In this document: piece after piece, positions 26,121-37,590 of the stretch
How positions within the stretch are numbered: position 1 is the first letter of the stretch
Layout: every line of letters starts with the position of its first letter
NCBI GenBank assembly: GCA_973851085.1
Contig: OZ316776.1
Span: 186,001 to 250,000 of the forward strand
Source: Ptychomitrium polyphyllum
Lineage: Eukaryota
Length of the DNA: 64,000 nucleotides
Direction: 5' to 3'
Position numbers and translations under genes: made by a program
Notes under the pieces: model-generated
Told to the model about the DNA's origin: nothing
Databases searched by the model: none
What the model saw: only the letters and a program-made list of their open reading frames with translations

Positions 26121-28091
26121 TGCACCTTCGTTCTCCCCCCCTGTGTTCCAACCTTCGACGCGCTCGTGGTCGTTGCGCGGAGCTTACTTGTGAGCTTTTC
26201 CGGGTTTTCATTTCCGAGGTGGTTTTAGGTTATGTTTCGGTGGGAGAGGTGTGTGCATGAGTGCGGTTTTCCTGCGGGAGTGTTTTTCGTTGTTTCGACC
26301 TAGGTGAGTTTAGTAGATGGCGACCTCAGAGCGATGGGTACTGCAGCTCTGGCTCTGTGATGGGTGGAACTAGGTTTCTGCGCATTTGAGTTCTTGTCAG
26401 AGGTGACGAATTGGCGCAGTTTGTTGCTCTATTGGTGGTATTTGCGTTTGAGAAGTTTTGTTCCCCGGACTTGAGTGGTTTGTGAATCGTGAGACGCATT
26501 TAATGACGAGTTGGCAGCTTAGAAGGGAGCTCCGTGTGTGACGATGTAGACTTGGGGTTTTTTGTTATTCTAGGGTATTAGTATCTTTCTTCTGTTGCCG
26601 ATCTGGCAAGTTTTGGTCGATTGTATCTGGTTGGGATGTCACAGCTTCTCGATCCAATTTGAGACGTTGTGGATTTGTCTCAATTTAGGGAATTAGAACC
26701 AGCAAAGCTTAGATCCATGCGTCTCGCTCTACATTTTGTTTCCTTCCCTGTTTCTCATGGAGCTGAAAGTAGATCTTCTCTGAGGTGCTCCAATTCTTAG
26801 AGACATTGAATCAGAGAGCCTTCATCACCTTCAACGTATAAAAGCTTCTATGATTTTACGGGTTTGCTATGTGCTACCTATTTTTTGAGGTGCGCAAGTG
26901 GAGGCCTTTTGTCGGGCATTTGATGTCGAGTTTTTGAGTTCTATCTCATGGATCTCCCCTGAAATCGATTGCTTAAACGGCTTCAGATCAATACCTCCTA
27001 CGCTTGCCGCATGCAACTCTGTATTAGGTTACGAACACGTCCATTTCGGTGCGAGTGATGTAGGTCAGTTTAAGTAGGCATGGACACTTAATTGCTGTCG
27101 AGAGCGGTTATTTCCTACCATGTGGGTGGGATCAACTTAACAAGCAGAAGAACTGTATTGTTTTCGAGAGTCAATGAGCGTCGGCCATGTGTTCGAGCTG
27201 TAGTGGTGCAGCAATTCATTCTTATGTTTGCATTAGTTTGTAGAGATGGAGCAATCACAATTACGCCATAGTTTATAAATGTACTTCCAGTTATTGCATT
27301 TTCATACTCCATGTTCTGAAACTTCGTGCATCTGCCGATTTGAAGTGGCCTGTGTAGGTGCTGGTGACGACAGGGTTTATCTTGAGGAGGGTATAATTAC
27401 TAATGTCTTGAGCTGTTTCCGTATATTCCGTAGTTTGGGCTTGCAACTTCCGTTTTGGGGTCACTTGGTGCAAGGATTGAACCGACGCGCGAATGGGCTT
27501 ATGCCAGGGTATCTTAGAGAAATCAAGGTGTGACTCTAAATCTGGAGGGAATGTTATCTGTCTTGGGAATGGGAGCTGGCTTTTAGTTGGTGACTGTTGA
27601 CGCTCGCAACCTTTTAGTCCTTGTGTACGGAAGCAGTTTACGCAAAGAGGTATGAATTGTGGAGTTGATAGTGTAGAAGGATGCAGGTTGGACAGATTGG
27701 TACAAAATAGTGTCCAGAAAACGGGGAAATCAGGGGTGTTTGAAGCATGACTTGGATAGGAAACGGTGCCACTGGGGCACGAGCATCCGGATCAACTAGG
27801 ATCCAACATAGGTAGTTGTTGAGCAAGTGGTCCATTTGAAAAGAAGTATACGATCTGTTTACTCAACAGTGTTTTGAGCCTGGCTGAAGTCGATCATTTT
27901 CCAGCTTATCAAGTCCTCGAGGTTCTGTTTCCTGGGTTGCTGGATACGGAGTGTGGAGAAGGTCTCTTTCAAGAGTGTAAGGTTTATAGGTCAAAGTGAT
28001 TCTTTGCTCATGGCTTATAGTTGAGAGAGTATTCTTAGTCTTCAATGTGGGAAAGGTACACTGATGCACCGAGAAAAGAGGAGGTTGGGTG

Positions 28092-29655
28092 ATGCCCCTG
28101 ACCAGTTCAGCCGCGGATGTGCTTGGTGTTGCGACCCTGGTTCTGGTCCTCCTGCTCGTCTGTGCAGGACTGGGATGTATTGCCTACGTCCTCTACTTTC
28201 GGGCCCGGATTCAGAAGGAACGTCTACCAGCATTACAGGTTCATATCTACTACATTTCTATTTTGGCAATTTTCTGCTGTTTGTTGTTTGCTCTTTGGGT
28301 TTTGTTGTGGAGGCACATGGATGTTCATATAAAGTTGGTCAATATCAGTCCTTATATGGCAGCAGCTCGGTATTCAGGTTGCGTTGTATTTTATACTGCA
28401 TTGTGAAAGATGGGGACTGCTTTAAATCACATAAATGTGTGGGGATTGTGTACGGTTTAATGCAAGTGTTTCAAGATGGCCAGAAGTAACATTTTTGTGC
28501 CCCTCTTCGTTCTTTTCATGCCTACAGGATTTCAATGCACTATGGATAGTCCGAATAATTCTTATAGTGCTGGCGGTCTTATGGAGTCTGGTCGAGCTCT
28601 TACGCCTCCCATTACTCCGGCAACCAAATTGGATCTTTCACTCTTGGAGCTTCCGCTCGCAAGCCAACGTTTGTCGGTTCTACATCCTTTCTTCTCTGGG
28701 TTTTCTGGAGCCATGCTTCTTTCTCACCGCACTCTTCCTGGTTCATGGCTCACTACGCAAGGCACCATTTACACCTCGGAAAGCTTGGAACGGCAAAGTT
28801 GTGGCTCTCATTCTTATCTGCTGTCTCCCGGTATTCCTATTTCAACTTTTCTTTGTTGTCATTAGCCCAAACATTGAGTTCAAGACAAGCAAGGGTGGTA
28901 TCTACAATGTAGAGAACGAGGGCTACGGTGGTAAAGTTCCGTATTTCTTCACGCAAGCATTTCAGAACGTGACAATCGGTGCGAAGGAGACTGCTGTATG
29001 TAGTTACCCTCTCCTGAGCACTCTGGTTCTAGCTACTTTTGGTGTACTTTACTCGTCTTACTTTCTCATACTGGGCTGGAGGGTGGTTGGGGTCGTCATC
29101 AACAGATGTCTACAGAGGAGATTATATGGCCTTCTTGGAGCACTCTTGCTCCTGCTTCCTCTGCACGTTATGTTCCTGGGGTTGTCAGTGCTCTCGAAGC
29201 CTACTCACTTGCCATTTGAGTTGATGAGTTTCTTTGGGTTCATAATGGTTTTGCTGTGCACTACTGTTGGTGAAGGCATCCTTGTGATCCGGCCCATTGC
29301 GGATGCACTGGCAGTTGGGTGGGTGGTGTATGCTCCGTCGGAATCAGGCCGGGACACTGACGTTCCCGGAGATGGTCCTTTGTCAGTTTCCTTGTCTGTA
29401 TTCGGTAGCGACGACGACGAGGCCTCATTGGTTGGAAGCCAGAGTCTTTTTGCGAAAACTCAATCTCGGGCTGCCGATGTTCAAGACAAAGAGTATGGCT
29501 CTACAAGGAGTTTCTTAAGGCCGTTGGACCATACCGGGAATTTCTCGGATCACAACGGGACTCTTTTCTTTAATCCAGACTCTCCTGCACTTCCTGGGAA
29601 ACCATTGATCACTCATCATCACCACCAAAATCATCCCTTCTACCCCTTCTTGTAG
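28092..29655 (+). CDS. Multi-pass (about 7 TM) membrane protein, similar to Arabidopsis candidate GPCR Cand1 (At1g57680 family); exons 28092-28238, 28528-29655 (~424 aa)
   Basis: Start MPLTSSAADVLGV, repeated hydrophobic helices, and motifs LGFLEPCFFLT, CSYPLLSTL, VINRCLQRRLY recalled from that family. Phase-0 GT-AG intron. Confidence 0.8.
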
Positions 29656-32600
29656 AAGCATGAGGATTCCCTGCGCTGAGAGCAGCAGTTTAGATCCGTC
29701 CAATGTAAAACCTTCTACAGTTAATGCAAGATGCTCAACGCTCTTTCATTTTGTCAAGTGGAAGTGTGAGCACTGGACCTTTGTAGATTATAGGTCGAGT
29801 ACAAGACCCTGAGGAATGTAAAGCGACCAATTGCTTCAGGTTGTTAGAACAAATGTATCCAAGTAAAGCAGAGCGTTTGGATGCCTTCAATATTGAGCTT
29901 CCCTTCATCACTTTTGGATTTTGAGCAGCGAGCTCACTTCGTTTCTTAATCTCATGTTTTGGTTCTTCTCGGATGTGCATGTTGTGATGTTTATGGATTC
30001 AGCTTTTGAATGGGTTCTGCGTGGTATTGTAAACGTTGTCTTTTACTGGACTGAGTCCGTAAGTTGAAATCAACCAAAATGTATCGTGGATCCTTGTTTT
30101 CACATCTATTGAATTCGTGATTTTGATCATGTATGTGTATAGTTCCATTTTGCAATGGAGCTTCCGATGACTTTAACTTCGCACATGTTGAAAATTGGTA
30201 ATGCTATAGTGGTGCATACTCGGTATCTACTCCGTTGAAGTTGCACTGAAGACAGTTTCGACTTGCGCTCTCTCGTGAAAACACGATAATACAAACAAGG
30301 GCCTTGATGCAAATACGAGACAGTTCCAAACAACTCACGGAGATTGTTAGGGTCCCTGGATGTTCACCCTTAGAATTATCTTCAGCTTTCTCAAGATCGT
30401 ATAAGTGCACCTGCCTCAGAAAGGGGATTCAAAGTCGAGAGTGAAACGCACTAGGGCCAAGGGCAATAGCAAGTGTGAGTGCTTGAGGGAACAGATGGCA
30501 ACTGGGGTTCCGGAATGCTCACAGCTTGTCACAGGCATTCATTACGAAAGGTTCTTATGTTGCGGTGAATATGAGCAATAATATTGAGTGATGGGCTGGA
30601 CGGATTCATTGTGTTGGGGTGCAGTAGCAAACACCTCAAGCTTTGTAAGTGTGGTACGAAAACATCTGCCTTATTCTTCTCAAGGTTGTATGCGATGCTA
30701 GGAAGCTAGGATTTCTTGAAGGGTGGTTCCGAAGTGCCTGATAGTGTAGGCAACAGTAATTTGTAAAGGAGCTTTGCTTTGTGTGGATATGCAAGTTACG
30801 CAAACATTCATTTGAATGCCATTTCCGAATGTTGATCTGTGAGTGTTTGGAGGGGACATGGTTAGGTCGTGTCAATTCATGGACAACTTTCGTATCTCCT
30901 ACTCGAAAACAATCGTGTTATATTAACCGAGACTGAAGTTGTAAGACATTGTAGTAAGAAAGAAATCACTAGTTTCCACCTCCAATGGTTTGGCCGAGTG
31001 GGCCAAGGCACTGGATTTGGCTCTAGTCCGATAAAGCGTGGGTTCAAAGTTCACAGCCATCAGCGAAAATGCCCACTTCGTCTTTTTCCAGTTTTGGTCC
31101 TTTCTCGGAATCAAACGGAGCACAATAGCCGACCATTTTACTTGTGTGCATGAACGTTGTAGCATTGTAGAGTACCATGAAGTTTAAAGACGGCAGGGAA
31201 CACTTAAGTTGTGTGTAGACATCTGAAAGAGAGAACTTAGGTACATTTGATCGAATAACGATGGGAGCGATGGCTGGGTTCCAATATTTGAAGGTTTTGT
31301 TCGTGCCCATACTCAGAGAGTGAAGACCATCATTGGGAAACCGAGTATCTATAATCAACTAAGATATTGCAGTGATTCGGTGAAGGTGCAGGTGAAGGGT
31401 ATTGTGCACTTCTCCTGCATCGATCTACCAAGGTGCCACTCATACCAAGGGCAAGGGTTGGGTGAACAGAACAGAACAGGCACGGTCATTTCGGCTCCGA
31501 TCACGTGAAGAATGTGTTCTTCTCAGTTCGCTCTAACCACCCACAAAGGAAAGGTACAAGTTTACAATCTTCTCTAGATGATCTTTAATTTCTTTAGTAA
31601 TATTCTGAAAATTACCAAGGCTACATGGATTAAAAGGGATTAAAATCCATACAACTCATTCACCTTTTAAATATATAAGATTTTTAATAAAAGGTCACTA
31701 TAAACTATTTTTGAAAAATATTGTGAAATAGAAAGAATATGGTCCTTACTACTTCCTTAATTAATTTCTAAAATTCTAAAATTAGATTTGACTCTATGTA
31801 GAATCCATATGTTGTTTATTATAGATAGTAGCTCTTTTGAACTAAAAAAAGATAAAATTTATTCATTATGTAAAAATTCAAAAAATTAATTGACTAATAT
31901 TAATATCATCTAACATTTATTTAGTGGAAGTATAGTGTGCATTCAAGCTAAGTTTCATAACATACAGTACGTAGAAGGTACCAAGGTTTTAACATTTTTA
32001 GTAATTTGACATATTTAACATGTATATGGAATTGAAAAACGCACTTAAGAATAGCAATTTTAAAACTTTTTGTAGATTCTGATACCATGCTCAAATTCTA
32101 AAATATGTATTACCTTAAGTTGCATATTAGTAAAAGTTTAGAGGCCCTTGTTTGAAAATGACAGGGCTTACAATTTTGCAAAGATAGGAAAACTTGGAAT
32201 TCGAGAAACATTACAAAAATATGAGGACAATCTAACGTGTAACACCCATGAAACCATGTACACAGTCTCGTACAGTGGTAGGCCCAGTCTAGTCGCAGAA
32301 GCAGCTGAGGTTGGTCTCAAAGCTACTTCAAGTGGTAGGTTAAGTTACTCGTTCTGCGGACCCAGAGTAGCTTATGGATATAGCGTCCATGTACCTTTCA
32401 ATAAATTTCAGGTGGGAATAAATCTGACCGACGACCTAAGTGCATTTGAGCAGGCTGGGTCTGCTTCCAAAGATTCCAAGTTGCTTATAGTCTACCACGT
32501 ACCAGCAACAAATACTTTTCTACCTTCTCCCCTACGCCATAGCCAAATTCCAACAATGGTTGGCAAATATCCGTCGCGAAAAGATTTCAGACATTTGATA

Positions 32601-33019
32601 AGGACAACCAAGCAAGGACTTTCAAACGGCACACGAAGTACAGAGACCCCGCCAACAAGAAGAAATTGAGTCTTTACTCAGAAATAGAGTACTTGTTTGA
32701 TGAACAAATGGAACAGATGGTGGTCTTGCATGCAGACCGCTCAAAGCTGTTCTTCATAACAGAATTGCAACCTCGACTCTATTGTACACGTCACAAGGTC
32801 GAAGAAAAGCTTGTGAGCATCTCATCAGAGATGTTTCTTGGTAATGTATCTAAGCCGCTAACTGCAATATTTGCTGCTGTAGAATTCACATGAAGGAATT
32901 CAGGCCGAAAGCACCGCAGCTGGTAATGAACTCACCTATAGATTGGGGTGGAAATTTAATGTACACCAGACCCTTAAGACTTGCTTCTGAATTATAAATC
33001 TCCAGACACCTCCAACAGC

Positions 33020-34503
33020 TTACAGAGATTTCAGAATAGGCTGTTCCGAATTCAAGTGTCTTGGAGGAAGGGGAACCTTCGGAATGAGCTTGGGGAGCAC
33101 ACCAAAAAATCTCGCCTTGAGTGCCATGGCAGTAGTCTCAACAATCTTGTCTTCGTCCACAAAAAATTCAATGTAGACAAAGAGACAGTACTCCTGTCTA
33201 AACTCAATTTCTTTCTTGTTGAGACTCCGAAGGGTGGGCACAACTCTTTGCATCTGGGAGGTGGGGAACACGAACAAGCATCTCCTCCATTCGATGAGCG
33301 AGTCGAAGGGGAGGACAAAGTTGTCAGAAATCACAACTGGTATTGAACCAGCAGACAAAACCTCGAGCAGACGAAACGAACTTGGCCCTCTACCAGCTGG
33401 GATTAGACCGAATGTAGAATTCATCAAGTCGTCGAACTTATATTGGTTGTAGATGGATTGACCCTTCTCACACTCGGATTTCACTCCAGGTTGTCTCAGC
33501 GAAACGTCGTTGAGCGTAGCCTGCAATGGAAACAACCGTGAGAAAAAACTCATGACAGTAACGAACGAAGCACTCGCGAACCAAAAAACTAGGTTTAAGC
33601 ATTGGACCCCTCAAACCAAAAGTTCGAAGAGTAAGCGGGAGGTCAAAGAAGATCAGAAATGCCTTAAAGTACCTGCTTGCAAGTCGTGGCAACGATGATA
33701 TCATCTCCGTTGTGCATCCTTCTCAAAACCGGGTTGCTGCGAAACCCGCCGACTCCAGAATCTTGCAAATACCGTGTCCCCTTGAAAGTCAAGAAATACT
33801 TCTTCTCGAGCGCCTTCAGTCTCTGTAGACTGGGGTAAAACTTTCTCTGAGGAACAGGGACACTGATGTCGAAGCCTGCACGGTATGTTGTTTGGTGCGT
33901 AATGGATGTCATTGTAGATGCCATTTCAATCGAATCCGAGCCTGTGATGGACTTACTCTTGAGCCAGTTGTCTGCGATGGAGACAATGATGTGGTTCAAG
34001 CCGTTGTTCCAGTGAGGCAGAGATTGCAGAGCAGGACCGTACTCCTCCAGTCTCCTGTCGACAGTGACGAGAAACAGGCAAGCTTTTTCTGGGTCAGCGG
34101 TGTAGTAACGGCTTCTCCTAAACGCGTCCTTGAAGAACCACGACAGAGAATTCCCTGCGTCATAGTGATAGACCAGAAGCTCCTCCATATCATCGCAACG
34201 AGAATAGTTGAAACAAGCATCCATGAAGCACTGAGAAAATATGTCGGGGGTTTGCCATGTCTTCCTTTGATCTAAAGGAACCACAGGTTTCGAACCCTGC
34301 GCAACTACTATATTATGAAGCTCTGGCTGCGCGCGTGGGGAATCGGTAGTGTTAGAGATTTGCACTCCGGTGAACTGTGAAAATCCACTCACACTCAAGA
34401 AACTGAAAATCATTACTCCCAACAAAAGGAAATTGAAGAGCCCATACAGGAATTGTAAGTATGGAGAAATCTTCGACTCTGGAGCTTCCTTTATGGTCGA
34501 CAT
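33020..34503 (-). CDS. Exostosin (GT47) glycosyltransferase, EXT1-like, type II membrane protein; exons 34503-33673, 33520-33020 (~443 aa)
   Basis: N-terminal TM anchor, then CFMDACFNYSRC, YYTADPEKACLF, WNNGLNH, GFDISVP, FKGTRYL, HNGDD..TTCK, NSTFGLIPAGRG.SSFRLLE..GSIPVVISD..LPF...W. Confidence 0.9.
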
Positions 34504-37345
34504 CTCCTCTGGCTTGGTCGCACTGGTCTGTAAACAAACTACCTACTTCAGGATAGCCCGACAACCCTCGTACCTTCTAGTCTTGGGCCAAATCCTTGCC
34601 TACCTTCTTGTTGCCAGGTCCCCCAGCAACCGATTCTACCCCAAAACCAACTATCCAGCTCAAACAACACCCCAGGTTACTGAATCGCCCCTTGCACACC
34701 CATGCTCGTGCTATCACAGCACAAAATCGAGAACTACTAAGTCACAGTCGTGAAATTATTATAATTCCAGAACAGAATCCTAGCGGAAAAATTCACAGAA
34801 TTATAGAATAATCCACCGCGCCATATCCAAATTCTCTCGGCCCCTCTCAATTGCCAGCGTTCAGTACTCTCAAATTTGGAGTCTCATAATCAAACTACAG
34901 AAAACACTGCAGAATTCTTAAAACCCAAGAGAATTACTTCTCCCAGAGTCTTAAACCGCAGCTTGACCAGTTGAGAATTCTGCAAACCCCGCGCCCCCCC
35001 TCTGCAATAACAACACTTCCTCAACCTGCCAAACAAATTACCAGGCAGGAAAACTCGAACCGACACAACCAAAACCTCCGCCAATCTCTCGCAGAAAGTA
35101 CTACTCCACCTCTCACCAGACTGTGACTAACTACAATCCAGGTGAAGCAATTAAACAATACTGTAGTAAGAGAGAGGGAAGACGCGCACAGGAACAAGAT
35201 GACCGAGGGAGACACTCAGTAAGCCAGCGAGAAAGGAGGGAGAAAAGGAAAGCAGAGGTCCAAAAAGGGGCGCGCAGGAGAAGCAGGCGCAGTGTGGGGG
35301 TCCGTGGAGAATGAGGATTCACAAGATGACTTGCAGCGAAGTGGAAAAGCTAACCGAGGTGGGTTATGGCACAGGGGCGAACTCGGCAGCAATGATGCGA
35401 ATTTGACTGCAAAGCTGCCAGTTTTGGGAGATGCGGGATCAGGGGAATCAGAATGGTGGCTCTGGAAGTGGAACGCCGAGGACCAAGCTCTCGCACGCAC
35501 GCACGCACGCACACACATACACGAATCAACACTTGTAAAAGTTAACTTAAGGCACTCGCGCGACGCCCCAGCCATGCCCGCCACCCCCTTGCAGCTCCTG
35601 ACAAGTCCTGACTTCTGACCCACCATCGCAGCATCGCCCAGCCTGGCCTAGCTTACCAAGCGCAAGTCCCAGATTACGGCCTGGTTCCTTCTCGTTCGAA
35701 TCCTCATTCCTAGCACCTTCCCAGGCTGACCCACATGGGTTAGCGGTAATCCCAGATTAGAAACAGCACTGTTCCCTTAGCAGGATTAATCCCGTCGCTT
35801 CTAAACTCTATCCTGGGTTTGCCTTCTCCGTCTCGCCAGATCCGGTCCAGGTGTTAGTACAATAGTGAGTCAGGTGGCTTTTCCACATGGAGGTATGCTG
35901 TACATTAGTTACAGTAGAAAACGTTGCATTTGGGAACGTTGAAATGGGGCATTGAGGCTCGAGTGGCCGGCTCTAGGTTTGTTTGTTTTTGTTCCCAAAA
36001 AAAGGGGCGTAGAGACCCTCCCAGAAAGCAATCAAAGGAAAACTAAAAAAACAACCAATCCAAAACAGAACGCACACTGGCACGAGGCAAGGCCTAGAAA
36101 TAATGGCCCTTTGTTCTAGAAAACTCGGTTGACATTCTCAGCCTATGTTAAACATGCATATGTTTAATTTCTGTTTTGGAAAGAGGGTTGAGGGCAGGTT
36201 CCAACAGAATGGTATTTGACTAGTCATCAAAGTAATGGTCATGTATTTCCTTTTTCTTTTCCCCAGAAAGGCTTGCAGACTCTAGTGGCATGCACAAAAG
36301 CCTTGTAGAAGGCACCTGCTTGGATATTTACTAGCACCTGGAAGTTTACCATTGGCTTTTGGAAGTGGGCACCTCAAAAGAACTCCTCAAAGCAAATCAC
36401 TAATCCAGGTCATGTTTGAATAAAAATTTCCAATTCTCATTGTTTTCCATTGTACAGCTTTATAGGAAGCAACTGGTATAGAATATTAGAAATCAGGAGC
36501 TAAACTTATTAAGTTCAGGATTAATCAGCCTGATTTGAGATGGTGGTGCGTGTTGGGCGCTTACGTAAACATAGTCAAGAATCACCTGAACTAGTTTAGC
36601 CCTATGATAGTACTACCCTATTCAATTGGTGCTGTAGCTCGGTGCTTGGAGACATCCACGTTATAGTTGATGTTGTGATTACACAGTTGATCCTCGAAAT
36701 ACATGAAATGCTTGGTGAAATTCGCCACCATTAAGGACTCCGAAGGCAGATTAGGCTGACTTGGGGCGAGGCGGGGCAAGGCAGGGAAGGTAGAGAAGCG
36801 GGCCCAGGAGAAACTCTGTGTTTTGTCCACGACTGTTGTGCCTATCCGTCCACAGAGATAAAGAATGAGGTGGCGGGTGAGGTGGAATGTCCACGAGGAC
36901 AACAAGCATGTTGGTGTGTACAGATCCAAGTATGGTAGGGACACCCCACTGCACAGAACTTGCTAAATGATCATGTGGGTGACCTTTAAGTTATCCAAGC
37001 ACAGCAAGTCTCCACTCTAGGAGGTTCCTGCCACTTGGATGTGCCTTTTTCAAGTTATGCCCTTGGTCCTACAGTGCAGTGCTCGCGTTGATTCCCCAGC
37101 TGGGTGAAACTCCAAACATGCACAAGACACCACCTTTGATGAGGAGATTCCAAGAATTTCTGTGACGCCTTCAAGGTGGAGGTTCAGTCTACACATGATT
37201 CCATCTACGACAAATATGCCAACAGGGCCGTCGAACTTATCACCGGCGCCAAAACTCATCCAACCAATCGCCTCACGCACGCCATGTCAGCCGCCCTCTG
37301 CCACGTAGGAATAGCATTTCCATGTTGAAACAAGAAGCTAAAGCT

Positions 37346-37396
37346 GGATAGAATAGGTAGAATGGATAGAATAGATAGAATAGATAGAATAGATAG
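37346..37396. repeat. 9-bp tandem repeat (ATAGAATAG)n
   Basis: About 5 copies read directly, first two slightly divergent. Confidence 0.85.
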
Positions 37397-37496
37397 TTGA
37401 TTGCAGTAGAGTCATTCGAATGATGCAATGGTTTCTATTCCATCCATCCCATTTGGAAGTTCTATTAAGGTTTCTGCTAAAGTTTTTGTGCTAAAT

Positions 37497-37590
37497 CATT
37501 AAATTGTGCTCGTGCCTTCATACATCCACATCGACATCTCCAAGCATTAAATTGTGCTCGTGCCTCCACACATCCACATCCACATCTCCA
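37497..37590. repeat. 48-bp tandem duplication
   Basis: CATTAAATTGTGCTCGTGCCT.CA.ACATCCACATC.ACATCTCCA at 37497 and 37545. Confidence 0.85.

Noticed and set aside
25581..26193. Several overlapping 75-134-aa Pro/Gly/Arg-rich ORFs
   Set aside because: Expected stop-codon scarcity in a GC-rich promoter, with no recognisable domain.
26522..26533. GAAGGGAGCTCC, matching the 3' end of miR159/319
   Set aside because: Only 12 nt, the 5' part does not match, and no convincing complementary arm.
31044..31358. Single WD40-like segment RFPNDGLHSLSMGTNKTFKYWN
   Set aside because: One weak repeat with no neighbouring repeats or gene structure.
32148..32893. 173-aa and 75-aa plus-strand ORFs
   Set aside because: Non-ATG starts, no motifs, and antisense to the likely 3'UTR of the GT47 gene.
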